Shown: positions 49,119-59,358, numbered from the stretch's first letter. The stretch: DNA of 64,000 nt from an uncultured Candidatus Rokubacteria bacterium (GCA_963762145.1 CAVXJS010000019.1:356371-420370), one strand, 5' to 3'. Notes: generated by a model not told the origin, from the letters alone. A program made the numbers and translations.

Positions 49119-50915
49119 ATGAGTGAGAGCCGCAACCTGGACTACTTCCATTTGCTGAAGGAAGCCAAGCGAGTCACGGCTTCCGGGCACAAGCCCGTCA
49201 GACTCGCCGTTCTGGGCGATTGCGCGACGCAGCATCTGATCCCGCTGCTTCGGGCCCTGTTCTCCCGTCACGGGCTCGCGGCCGACATCTACGAGGCCCC
49301 CTTCGATGCGGCGGACGTCGAGGCCCGGAACCCGCACTCCGGCCTCTACCAGCACCAGCCCGAGATCGTCGTCGTCCTGAGCACGGTGCAGGCCCTGCGA
49401 GACAAGTTCTACCAGCGCGCCGGATCCGCGACCGCCTTTCGCGACGAGACCCTCGATCGCCTCACGAGCGTCTGGGACTCGCTCCGCGCGCACAGCCAGG
49501 CGCTTCTGATTCAATCCACCTTCGTCGCCCCGTTCGAGCGCATCTTCGGCCACTACGACCGGCAGGTTCCGGCCTCGCTCTCCTCGATCGTGTCCGACGT
49601 CAACGCGGCCATCGTGACCGAGGCGCGGACGCGCGGCAACCTCCTGCTGCTCGATCTCGAGCATCTGGCGTCCTGGGTTGGCCGGCGTTCCTGGTTCGAC
49701 GAGCGCATGTGGGCCCTCGCCAAGCTGCCCGCCGCCCTCGAGCACCTCCCGCTGGTGGCCCAGAGCATCGTCGACGTGACGCTCGCGGCGAGGGGCCGGG
49801 CCGTGAAGTGCATCGCCCTCGATCTGGACAACACCCTCTGGGGGGGCGTGGTCGGCGACGACGGCCCGCACGGCATCCAGATCGCCGCGCACGGTGACGG
49901 GGAGGCGTTCCATCGGTTCCAGTCCTTCCTCAAGGAGCTCAAGAACCGCGGGATTCTCCTGGCGGTGTGCAGCAAGAACGAGCACGAGAACGCGGTCCGG
50001 CCGTTCGAGGTCAACGCCGAGATGGTCCTCAAGCTCGAAGACATCACCGTCTTCGTGGCCAACTGGGAAAACAAGGCGGACAATCTCCGCCGCATCCGCG
50101 ACGCGCTGAACATCGGCCTGGACTCGATCCTCTTCCTGGACGACAACCCGTTCGAGCGTGCCGCGGTCCGCGCGATGAGTCCCGAGGTCATGGTCCCGGA
50201 GCTGCCGGAGGATCCGGCCGACTACGTGAAGGCGCTGGTGGAGCTGAACCTGTTCGAGACCACCGCGTTCTCGGCGGAGGACGCGGCGCGGTCGACGCTC
50301 TACCGCCAGGAAGCTCAGCGGCGAATGGCGGAGACCACCGCGGCCAGCTTCGAGGACTACCTTCTGTCCCTGGACATGACCATCGAGGTGAGCCGGTTCG
50401 CGCCCGAGCAGATCAACCGGATCACGCAGCTCCTGCAGCGCAGCAACCAGTTCAATCTCACGACCCAGCGGCACAATCAGGCACAGTGCGAAGCGATGAT
50501 GCAGGATGTCGAGGGCTGCTGGCCGCTGACCGCGACCCTTCGCGATCGCTTCGGCGATCACGGGCTGATCTCGGTCGTCGTCGCGCGGCCGGACCGCGGC
50601 GCGGGCGTCGTCGTGATCTCCGACTGGCTGATGAGCTGCCGCGTGCTCACCCGTGGCGTCGAGGAATACCTGATGAACGAGGTGGTGGAGCGGGCCCGCG
50701 AGCTCGGCATGTCCACCGTCACCGCGTCGTACGTGCCGACCGCGAAGAACGGCATGGTCAAGGATTTCTACGCGCGATTCGACTTCCAGAAAGTCGTCGA
50801 GCATCCGGACGGACGAATCGAATGGATGCTGCAGGTCGATCAATACGAGCCGCGCCAGGTGTTCATCCGTCCCGCCGCCGCGGCGGTGACGGTCGCGGCG
50901 GACGGAGACCGATAA
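49119..50915 (+). CDS. fkbH: FkbH-like HAD-IIIC glyceryl transferase/phosphatase
   Basis: KCIALDLDNTLWGG, CSKN, NWENKA, FLDDNPFE, RSNQFNLTT, DRFGDHG, LMSCRVL. Confidence 0.92.
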   Translation: MSESRNLDYFHLLKEAKRVTASGHKPVRLAVLGDCATQHLIPLLRALFSRHGLAADIYEAPFDAADVEARNPHSGLYQHQPEIVVVLSTVQALRDKFYQRAGSATAFRDETLDRLTSVWDSLRAHSQALLIQSTFVAPFERIFGHYDRQVPASLSSIVSDVNAAIVTEARTRGNLLLLDLEHLASWVGRRSWFDERMWALAKLPAALEHLPLVAQSIVDVTLAARGRAVKCIALDLDNTLWGGVVGDDGPHGIQIAAHGDGEAFHRFQSFLKELKNRGILLAVCSKNEHENAVRPFEVNAEMVLKLEDITVFVANWENKADNLRRIRDALNIGLDSILFLDDNPFERAAVRAMSPEVMVPELPEDPADYVKALVELNLFETTAFSAEDAARSTLYRQEAQRRMAETTAASFEDYLLSLDMTIEVSRFAPEQINRITQLLQRSNQFNLTTQRHNQAQCEAMMQDVEGCWPLTATLRDRFGDHGLISVVVARPDRGAGVVVISDWLMSCRVLTRGVEEYLMNEVVERARELGMSTVTASYVPTAKNGMVKDFYARFDFQKVVEHPDGRIEWMLQVDQYEPRQVFIRPAAAAVTVAADGDR

Positions 50916-50919
50916 CGCC

Positions 50920-51159
50920 GTGGACGAAGACATCCAGCTCCGACTCACCGAGATCTTTCGGTCCGTGTTCGATGACCCGGACCTGCGCATCACCGCGGAC
51001 ATGACCGCCAAGGACGTTCCCGACTGGGATTCCCTTTCCCACATCACCCTGATCGTGGCGATCGAGCGCGAGTTCCGCATCCGATTCACCACGGCCGAGG
51101 TCGCCTCGCTGATGAACGTGGGCGACCTGGCCGACCGCATCCGCAAGAAGCTCCCCTGA
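50920..51159 (+). CDS. Acyl carrier protein
   Basis: DWDSLSHI phosphopantetheine motif; 79 aa, acidic. Confidence 0.9.
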   Translation: MDEDIQLRLTEIFRSVFDDPDLRITADMTAKDVPDWDSLSHITLIVAIEREFRIRFTTAEVASLMNVGDLADRIRKKLP

Positions 51160-51174
51160 GGAGGCCCCGTTCCC

Positions 51175-52593
51175 ATGCAGTTGTCGTCCGTGGAGTTCCT
51201 GCTGTTCGTCGGCCTGTCGGCGCTGGTATTTCGCGCGGTGGGCCGGGCGTGGCGGGCGCACGTCCTGCTCGTGGCTTCGTACGTGTTCTATTGCACGTGG
51301 GATCTCGGCATGGCGGCGGTCCTGCTCGCGATCACGGCCGCGTGTTACGTCGCGGCGCTGTACATCGAGAGCGCCCGGGGCCGGCCGCTGGCATCGCGGC
51401 TCATCGTGGCCACGGTATCCGCCCTGATTCTCTACGTGGTCGTCTTCAAGGTCCGGGCGGTGCTGACGCCGGGGGCGAGCCTGGTCATCCCCCTGGGGGT
51501 CTCGTACTATAGCTTCCGCCTCATCAGCTACCTGCTGGACGTCCACTGGGGAACGGTCCCCGCCGAGCGCGCCTTCGTGCCTTTTGCGGCGTATGTCGCG
51601 TTCTTTCCCCAGATGATGGCCGGCCCCATCGAGCGGGCGTCCTCCTTCCTTCCACAGCTGGACCGGGGAGAGGGCAGCGCGCCGGGGAGAACCCTCGAAG
51701 GGGTGGCCCGGATCCTCCTCGGCTTCTTCAAGAAGTTCGTGGTGGCGGACAACCTGGGCTTGATCGTCGACTACGGCTACCGGCACCTCGGCTCGGACAA
51801 CGCGGTACCCAGCGCGCTCTCCTTCTACCTGTACCCGTTGCAGCTCTACGCGGACTTCTCGGGGCTGGCCGACATCGCGATCGGGGTGAGCCTGGTCTTC
51901 GGCCTGAAGGCGCCGGAGAACTTCGACGCCCCCTTCACGGCGTCCAGCATCAGTGAGTACTGGCGCCGCTGGCACATGACCCTCACGTCGTGGCTGCGGG
52001 ACTACGTGTTCCTGCCCCTCCGGATGGCCACCCGGAACTGGGGAACGTATGGCCTGGTGGTGAGCGTGACCGTGAACATGATGCTGATCGCGGTCTGGCA
52101 CGGCTTCACGCTCGGATTCGTCGCCTTCGGGGTGGTGAACGCGGTGGTCCTGGTGATCGACGCCCTGACCGCGCCCCGGCGCCAGAAGTACTGGCGGCGG
52201 CATCCCGGGTCCGCCAAGCTGGCGACCTTCGTCGGGGTGATCTTCACGTACCACATCGTGGCGCTGAGCGACACGTTCTTCCGGGCCCCGTCGTTCACGG
52301 AGGCCGCGCTACTGCTGGGCGGTCTGGCCTCGGGGCTGGAGCACGCCGGATCGGCGCTCGCGGCGGCCACCGCACCGCCGAATCACTACGCCTGGGTGGC
52401 CCTTCCCGGATACGTTCTGGCCGAGATCGCGGACACGATCCGAAGAAGACGAGGCCTGAGCTTGCCAGAAGGAGCGCCCCGGTGGGTCCAGTGGTCGGCG
52501 GGCGCCTGCATCGTGCTGGCGTGCGTGTTCGTGTCGCTCCTGTTCCTCGCACGGCAGACGGAGACGAATCCCTTCGTGTATGCGAATTTTTAG
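51175..52593 (+). CDS. MBOAT O-acyltransferase (AlgI/DltB-like)
   Basis: PLGVSYYSF..ISY..D, FFPQMMAGPI, LYADFSG, NF..PF...I.EYWRRWH, IAVWHG, F.YANF. Confidence 0.92.
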   Translation: MQLSSVEFLLFVGLSALVFRAVGRAWRAHVLLVASYVFYCTWDLGMAAVLLAITAACYVAALYIESARGRPLASRLIVATVSALILYVVVFKVRAVLTPGASLVIPLGVSYYSFRLISYLLDVHWGTVPAERAFVPFAAYVAFFPQMMAGPIERASSFLPQLDRGEGSAPGRTLEGVARILLGFFKKFVVADNLGLIVDYGYRHLGSDNAVPSALSFYLYPLQLYADFSGLADIAIGVSLVFGLKAPENFDAPFTASSISEYWRRWHMTLTSWLRDYVFLPLRMATRNWGTYGLVVSVTVNMMLIAVWHGFTLGFVAFGVVNAVVLVIDALTAPRRQKYWRRHPGSAKLATFVGVIFTYHIVALSDTFFRAPSFTEAALLLGGLASGLEHAGSALAAATAPPNHYAWVALPGYVLAEIADTIRRRRGLSLPEGAPRWVQWSAGACIVLACVFVSLLFLARQTETNPFVYANF

Positions 52594-53812
52594 AGATCTG
52601 CTGGCGACCGTGGTGGTGGTGATCGCCTTCGTGGCGCTCTTCGAGGGCGGCCTGCGTCTGGCCGGGGTGCGGTACGAGTATTCGTTCTACGAGAGCGATC
52701 CGGTCCTCTACACGACGTACCGTCCGTACGCGGAAGGCTGGGAGGTCAAGGAGGGCGAGAATTTCGTCCGGATGAACAGTCTCGGCATGCGGGATCGGGA
52801 GCGGAGCATCGAGCCTGCGCCGGGGACCGTACGGATCGCTCTCCTCGGCGACTCCGTGGTGGCGGCAACGCAGGTGCCGCTCGAGCAGACCATGGGCCAG
52901 GTGCTGGAGCGCCGGCTCAGTAGCGAGTTCAGCCGGACCGGCGCCAGGTTCGAGGTCCTCAACTTCGCCCAGGGGGGAAACACGCTGGCCCAGCAGCACC
53001 TGATGATCCGGGAGCGGGTCTGGGCGTTTCGGCCCCAGATCGTCATCGTATTCGTGACTCCGATCTCGGTTCCGACGGCGAGCCGAAAGCTGGACACGGT
53101 CGCGGCGCCGAAGCCCTTCTATATCATGCGGGCCGGCCAGCTCATCCCGGACCCGCGGAACCATCCTCCCGCGGCTTCCGCTCCGGCCGCTCGCCGCACG
53201 AACGGCATCCTCAAGAACGTGATGAACCGCTATCGCCTGCTGCTCGTGCTGCGCCAGGCGAGCGACCACGGGCTCGATAAGCTCAGGGCACTGCGCCATG
53301 TGACCCGGAGCGCAGACGCCTCCACAAACGCCGAGCCAGATCAGAACAAGTCCCCGATGGACATCTGGTTTGGGCCTCCGACCAGGCCTGAAGTGGACGA
53401 GGCCTGGCAGGTGGTGGAGGGGCTTCTGGGCCTGATCGCCGAAGACACGCATCGGCACGGGACGGAGCTGTGGATGGCCAGCATCGGGCCCGCGGTGCAG
53501 GAGAATCCCGACGCTCGCAATCGCCTGGCTTACCTGAGCGCGCAGGGCTACACCGGGACATACTCGGAGGATCGTTTCGAGATGTTCGCCAAGAAACATG
53601 GCATCCCCTACGTTCGGATGTCGCCGCGTATACTTGCGCATGCGGAACGACACGGTGTCTCGGTGCGCGGATTCTTCAATACCCAGCCGAATCAGGGGCA
53701 CTGGAACGTGGAGGGGAATGCCGTCGCCGCCGGGCTCATCGGGGATGAGCTCCTGGCACGGAGCCACGCGCTCCGCACGCTACGCGAGGCCGGACCGCGC
53801 CAGGCGCGGTGA
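52580..53812 (+). CDS. Membrane-anchored SGNH/GDSL-like protein
   Basis: N-terminal TM, NSLGMRD, LLGDSVV, EVLNFAQGG, GHWNVEG. Confidence 0.78.
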   Translation: MRIFRDLLATVVVVIAFVALFEGGLRLAGVRYEYSFYESDPVLYTTYRPYAEGWEVKEGENFVRMNSLGMRDRERSIEPAPGTVRIALLGDSVVAATQVPLEQTMGQVLERRLSSEFSRTGARFEVLNFAQGGNTLAQQHLMIRERVWAFRPQIVIVFVTPISVPTASRKLDTVAAPKPFYIMRAGQLIPDPRNHPPAASAPAARRTNGILKNVMNRYRLLLVLRQASDHGLDKLRALRHVTRSADASTNAEPDQNKSPMDIWFGPPTRPEVDEAWQVVEGLLGLIAEDTHRHGTELWMASIGPAVQENPDARNRLAYLSAQGYTGTYSEDRFEMFAKKHGIPYVRMSPRILAHAERHGVSVRGFFNTQPNQGHWNVEGNAVAAGLIGDELLARSHALRTLREAGPRQAR

Positions 53813-53815
53813 CGC

Positions 53816-54436
53816 ATGAGCCGGCGCGCCCTGCGCGTCCTCGGGGGGGCAACCCTGCTCATCTTCCTGCTCGCGGCGTTCACGCCGGCAGTCAACCTGT
53901 GGAGCTTCTGGCTGGCGCCGCCGCCGGTGAAGGCCGATCCGGTGGAGGCCATCGTCGTCCTGGGCGGCGGCGGGGTTACCCCGGGAGGAATGCTCGTCGA
54001 GCGGTCACTGGGCGAAACCGTCAAGGCGATCATGCTGTACCGCAAAGGGATCGCGCCTCTGGTGGTCTTCTCGGGCTCGCCGGAGCCGGGCACGCGCGAT
54101 GAAGCGTCCACGCGAGCCGATCTGGCGCGGGAGTGCGGGGTACCGTCCTCGGCGATCCTGACCAGCTCGAGTGCCCAGACGACACGGGAGGAGGCCGTGC
54201 AGATTCACCGGCTCCTCAGCGCGCGCGGGGTCCGCACGGTGATGCTCCTGGCCGACGGCCCCGGCATGCCGCGGGCGGTGAGAACGTTCGAGCGGCAGGG
54301 CTTCGTGGTGGTGCCGCCCCCGGGGTCCGGCGTGCTGAGCCTGGGCGGCGGCCCCGAGGACCGGCTGAGTCTCGCGCGGCAGATGGCGATCGAGATGGTC
54401 GCGCGCCTGTACTATCGGCTCGCGGGCTTCCTGTGA
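53816..54436 (+). CDS. YdcF/ElyC (DUF218) family protein
   Basis: EAIVVLGGG, VFSG, DEA, TTREEA, MPRA..F. Confidence 0.8.
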   Translation: MSRRALRVLGGATLLIFLLAAFTPAVNLWSFWLAPPPVKADPVEAIVVLGGGGVTPGGMLVERSLGETVKAIMLYRKGIAPLVVFSGSPEPGTRDEASTRADLARECGVPSSAILTSSSAQTTREEAVQIHRLLSARGVRTVMLLADGPGMPRAVRTFERQGFVVVPPPGSGVLSLGGGPEDRLSLARQMAIEMVARLYYRLAGFL

Positions 54437-54440
54437 TCGG

Positions 54441-54749
54441 ATGCCGATGGATCACGCCTTTCTCGTCTTGCTCGTTGGCACAACCTCGGCGGCCGCGCTG
54501 CTCGTCGGGATACGCGGGCTGCGCTTGCCCCGCGCCCGGCTGGTGGTGGGGCTCTGGGGCGCGCTCGAGCTGCTGGGGGTGTCGGTCCTCTTCTTCGTCG
54601 CCAATCTCGTCGTGGGCCTCACGGTGATCCTCGCGGTGCGGGCCGTCACGACTCAGTTCCTGTCCGTGTACCTCTTGAACGATGTGGGGCTCCTGGTGCT
54701 CTCGGTCGTCCAGGGACTCGTCTTCGAGTGCTGGCGCCGCGGCAGCTGA
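54441..54749 (+). CDS. Small membrane protein
   Basis: Three hydrophobic segments; follows directly after the DUF218 gene. Confidence 0.6.
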   Translation: MPMDHAFLVLLVGTTSAAALLVGIRGLRLPRARLVVGLWGALELLGVSVLFFVANLVVGLTVILAVRAVTTQFLSVYLLNDVGLLVLSVVQGLVFECWRRGS

Positions 54750-54760
54750 GAACCAGTCCC

Positions 54761-55039
54761 CTAGAACCAGCTCGCGACGGCGCTGTGCAGCGCTCTGAAC
54801 AGCAAGAGACCGACGTAGGTAACGACCAGGAACCCGAGAAACAGCCCGACGTGGTGAAGCACCCGCCCGGAGCGTGAGGGTCGGACGCGACGGAACCCGT
54901 GATGCGGCAACGGATGGAGCGTCGGCAAGGCGGTCCGGTAGAACCGGCGCCGGGCTCGCCGGGCCCACACCCCTTCGATCAGACCGCCGATGATGCTGAA
55001 GGTGAGCGCGGCAAGCGCGAGGAGCATCAAGGTGGTCAT
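54761..55039 (-). CDS. Small two-TM hypothetical protein
   Basis: MTTLMLLALAALTFSII...VGLFLGFLVVTYVGLLLF. Confidence 0.45.
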   Translation of the reverse strand: MTTLMLLALAALTFSIIGGLIEGVWARRARRRFYRTALPTLHPLPHHGFRRVRPSRSGRVLHHVGLFLGFLVVTYVGLLLFRALHSAVASWF

Positions 55040-55306
55040 CGGGGCGGCGGGACTCCTGGTCTCTGGCGGCGCGCTCTGTCTTCTCCTCAGGCGGCCGTGG
55101 GCTGGGAGTGTATCAGCACCTTGTGAGCGATTACAAGGACGCGGGTACAGGAGCGGCATCCAGCGGCGGCATCCAGCGGCCCATTTACCACTGGTTTTCA
55201 GGCATATGCATCCGATTGCATCTTGCCAGGCGGCTTGGCATGAGTGATTGTGTTGCATGCCTCCTGCACCTAGCTTGACGACTTCGCGCTCCGAAGGGAG
55301 CCTGAC

Positions 55307-56915
55307 ATGACGTGGCGCATCCTGCGAATGGCGGCGGTCTTCTCGGCTGTATGCGGGCTCCTGGTCGGGGCCGGAGCGGTCCACGCGCTGCCAATCGCGG
55401 GGGTGGAGGAGGCGCCGGCCTTGCCCACCACGTTCGTGGACACGTCACTCGTCCCCTCGACGGGACAGACCATCCAGGTGGGAGCGGGCGGGGACCTGCA
55501 GGCCGCCTTGAACAGCGCGCAGCCGGGCGACGTCGTCTCGATCGCCCCGGGGGCGACGTTCGTCGGCAATTTCACGCTGCCAAAGAAGGCCGGGGATGGC
55601 TGGATCACGGTGCGGTCGGCGGCACCGGACGAGAGCCTGGCGCTTCCCGGGACCCGCGTGACCCCGGCACAGGCGGCGGCGATGCCCAAGCTGATCAGCC
55701 CGAACAGCGCGCCGACGGTGACCGCGGCCCCCGGCGCTCAGGGTTATCGGTTGATCGGCCTGGACGTCTCGGTCGCGCCGAGCGTGAATACGATCTTCAA
55801 CATCGTCGCGTTCGGGGGGAGCAGACCTCGCTCGCGGACACGCCCCGCAATCTGATCATCGACCGGTCCTATATCCACGGGCAGCCGCAGACCAACACCT
55901 TTCGCGGCGTCCTGCTGAATAGCGCGCAGAGCGCGGTCATCGATTCCCACGTCTCGGAGATCCACGTGAACGGGTTCGACTCGCAGGCCATCCTGGGCTT
56001 CAATGGCCCGGGGCCGTTCAAGATCGTGAACAACCGTCTCGAGGCGTCGGGGGAGAACATCATGTTCGGCGGGGCCGATCCGAAGAGCCCCGGCCCTCTC
56101 GCCGGCCGACATCGAGATCCGGAGGAATCATCTGTTCAAGCCGCTGTCCTGGAAAGCGGGCGACCCCTCCTTCGCGGGCACCGAATGGACGGTCAAGAAC
56201 CTGCTCGAGCTGAAGAACGCACAGCGCGTGCTGATCGACGGGAACCTGCTCGAGAACAACTGGCAGCAGTCTCAGAACGGCGTCGCGGTGGTCTTCACGC
56301 CCCGGAATCAGGACGGTACCGCGCCTTTTTCGGCCGTGCGGGACGTGACGTTCACGAACAATCGGGTACGCAACGTGACCGGCGGAATCGCGATGCAGGG
56401 CTTCGACGACGGGAACCCGAGCCAGCAGCTGCAGCGCGTGCTCGTGCGGAACAACCTGTGGGAGGGGCCTCAGGGAAGGTTCGTGCTCATGGTGGGGCCG
56501 ATCGAGGGCGTGACGATCGATCACAACACGGCGCTCGGGATGACCCACTCCGCGATCTTCGGCACGAATGCGCCCAGCCCGGGATTCGTGCTGACGAACA
56601 ATCTGCTCGCATTACGGTCTGTTCGGGATCGGAGGGGATAGCGCGATAAGTGGGATTCCGGCGCTTGCCCTGTACTTTCCCGGCGCGCTCGTGGAGGGAA
56701 ATGTGCTGATCGGTTCCGGCGACAACGGGCAAAACCAGCTCGATTCCTTGCCGTCGCTCAACTTCGTCGAGCTGAGCTTGTTGGACGTAGGATTCATCGA
56801 TCCGGCCACCGGCGACTTTCGGCTCTCCGACCTCAGCCCATATCGTCTCGCCGGCACCGACGGTAAAGATATCGGCGTCGATTTCGCCGCCCTCATCGCG
56901 GCGATGCTCGCGGGA
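55307..56915 (+). CDS. Exported right-handed beta-helix (pectin-lyase-like) protein; frameshifted, 3' end lost at a junction
   Basis: Signal peptide; GGDLQAALNSAQPGD, IDRSYIHG, GPFKIVNN.LEASGENIMFGG, VKNLLELKNA, GDFRLS..SP...GTDGKDIGVD. Confidence 0.8.
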
Positions 56916-56950
56916 GCAGCAGCCTGGAGTCCCTGCCGCGCCTGGACTAG

Positions 56951-56963
56951 AGTACGTATTGCT
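56951..56963 (+). other. Probable nanopore ligation adapter remnant (chimera junction)
   Basis: AGTACGTATTGCT versus adapter end CAGTTACGTATTGCT; the genes on both sides break here. Confidence 0.7.
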
Positions 56964-57250
56964 GGAATTCGAGGCACATCTGACGAGTGCGGGCGCGGCC
57001 AGCGGCCGTGAGGTGGTGGTCACTTCGAGCCCGCGGGCCTTCACCTTCTACCCAACGCCCCTGCACCAGCGCTTCCCGCTCGAGCCGCGCCAGCAAGCGG
57101 ATAGATCGTGCCTTCGGTCAGCACCAAGTCAGTACCGGCCAGCTGTTTCAGGATCTCGAGGCCGTAACGCGGCTCCGGCGCAATCGCCAGCAGCACCGCA
57201 AGTTCGAGCAGGCCCCTCCGCATTTGTTCCTGCCAGTTGGCGATCGGCAT
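56964..57250 (-). CDS. PadR-family transcriptional regulator, frameshifted and 3'-truncated
   Basis: QMRRGLLELAVL, RYGLEI, EGTIYPLLARLE...W....PRAR...LTAAGR. Confidence 0.82.
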
Positions 57251-57270
57251 GATCCGGCGCTCGTGACCTT

Positions 57271-57291
57271 ATACCTTGTGACACAAGGTAT
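57271..57291. promoter_or_regulatory. Palindromic operator upstream of padR
   Basis: ATACCTTGTG-A-CACAAGGTAT perfect 10-bp inverted repeat, 20 nt before the start codon. Confidence 0.7.
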
Positions 57292-57326
57292 CAACAGAGA
57301 CGAGGGGGACGCGCACGAAAGTTCCG

Positions 57327-58610
57327 CTATCGGGAAGGACCGCCTCCGCGTCCGCGACCGCCGGCCGGACTCGGGATCACGTAATCCCTCGGCGGCTCGG
57401 CACCGAGCAGGTGCTTGACGAAGTAGTCCCATCGCCGGCGCATGACGTAGTTCCCGTGCAAAGCCATGCCCCGAATTCGGGATCATCAGCAGGTCGAATT
57501 CCTTGTTCGCCTTGATGAGTGCGTCGGCGACCAGGTACGTGTTGTACGGCGGCACGTTGTTGTCCATCGTCGCCGTGGATCAGCATCAGATGGCCCTTCA
57601 GGCCCGCGGCCTGCGTCTGGTTCGCCTCGATCGTGTAATTGTCCGTGCCGTCCGGTTCTGCAGCGGCCCCTGATACCGCTCGCCCCAGTCATCCTCGTAC
57701 TGGCGCTGGTCGTGGTTGCCCGACTCGGCGATCCCGACCTTGAAGAAATCGTTATACGGTGCACGCAGCAGCCGTCCCGCCGTGATGAAGCCGCCGCCGG
57801 AGTGCCCCCACATCGCGGTGCTGCTCGATATCGATCCACGGGAAGCGCTGCGCGAGTTCCTTCATGCCACTGATCTGGTCGGGGATGGTGTTATGCCGTC
57901 CCATCGCGCCGTAATAGGCGTCGGTGAACGCCTTCGAACGGTTCAGCGTACCGGTGCCGTCGATGCTGACGACGACGAAGCCGAGTTCGGCGAGCGCCTG
58001 CCGGTCGCCGCGCGCCGCACTGAAGGCGCGTGAGCCCACGCTGCCCGACTGCGGACCGGGATACGCCTGGTTGATGATCGGATACTTCTTGCTCGGATCG
58101 AAGTTCGTCGGCCGGAAGAGCATCCCGTAGATGTCGTGGCGGGCCGTCGGCAGACTTCATCTTCACTTGCATCGGCGGTTTCCAGCCGGTTGCCAGCAGC
58201 TTCGGATGTCGGCCTTCTCGAGCGGCATGATGAGTTCGCCCGTCTTCGCGTCGCGCAGCGTGGTCTCGGGCGCCACATCCGCCTGTGAGAAGGTGTCGAC
58301 CACGAACTTGCCGTCGGGCGAGAGCTGCACCGAGTGGGTGCCGTTGTCGGGCGTGAGCGAGACGTTGTTCTTCCCGTCCAGCCCGATTCGATAGAGGTGG
58401 TGAAGTAGGGATCCTGCCCCTTCTCCTTGCCGACCGCCTCGTACCACATCGTGCGAGTCGGGGCGATCGATGCCGGACGACGCGGGTCACCATGCCGGCG
58501 CCGTCAGTGATCTTGTTCTTGAGTTGCCCGGATATCAGTTCGTACAGGTATAGCTGTGCGTAGCCGTCGCGCTGCGAGTACCACAGCACCTCGCTGCTGT
58601 CCCAGAAGAT
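57327..58610 (-). CDS. S9 (DPP-IV-like) peptidase, C-terminal part, many frameshifts
   Basis: KKYPII..YPGPQ, LAELGFVVV, WGHSGGGF, GNHD, MDNNVPPYNT, NKEFDLL...GHG, RRWDYFVKHL. Confidence 0.82.
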
Positions 58611-58689
58611 CTGCAAAGCCCCCTGCACACCTGCTCGACTCGTCGTCTTGTACGTCGTAGCCGGGCCACCGAGTCTAAAAGCGAGTCCG

Positions 58690-59351
58690 CTCGATGCACT
58701 GAAACGCGCCGAACCGGAAGATACAGTCGTGATCTACTTCGCTGGTCACGGTACTGCGCAGGCGCAACGGTTCTACCTGATACCTCACGATCTCGGTTAC
58801 ACAGGCGAACGCACCAAACTAACCGAACAGGGTTTGAAGACCATGCTCGCGCACAGTATTTCCGACGTCGAGTTGGAAAAGGCGGTCGAAGGGCTGGATG
58901 CCGGACACCTGTTGCTGATCATTGATGCGTGCAATTCCGGTCAGGCGCTCGAAGCGGAAGAGAAACGGCGTGGTCCAATGAATTCAAAAGGGCTGGCCCA
59001 ACTCGCTTACGAAAAAGGAATGTACATCCTGACGGCGGCGCAGAGTTTTCAGGCCGCGCTGGAAGCGGCGCAGCTTGGTCATGGTTACTTGACCTATGCG
59101 CTGGTTGAAGAAGGCTTGAAAACGCCTATCGCTGACAGTGCGCCTAAAGATGGTCTGGTGATTGCGCGTGAGTGGCTCAACTTCGCCACCGAGCGCGTGC
59201 CGCAGATGCAGGAAGAAAAGATGAGCGCAGGGACGTGGACGTTGGATTGAGATAGCGTTTACGTGAAGGCGAGAAAGCGCACCGTGCAACGTCCGCGCGT
59301 GTTTTATCGTAGAGAGCTGGAAGCGAATCCGTTGGTGATAACAAAGCCTAG
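58690..59351 (+). CDS. Caspase-family (C14) domain protein, 5'-truncated
   Basis: IYFAGHG and IIDACNSG dyad, LGHGYLTYAL, Q.P motif; frameshift near the end. Confidence 0.8.
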
Positions 59352-59358
59352 ATAGAGT

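Noticed and set aside
55235-55258. Sigma-54 promoter before the beta-helix gene (TTGGCATGAGTGATTGTGTTGC)
   Set aside because: The GG to GC spacing is not the required 10 nt.
56925-57011. Degenerate PEP-CTERM-like tail (VPA..PG.EYVLL) on the beta-helix protein
   Set aside because: The region is adapter-like sequence plus the antisense of padR; there is no real TM segment.
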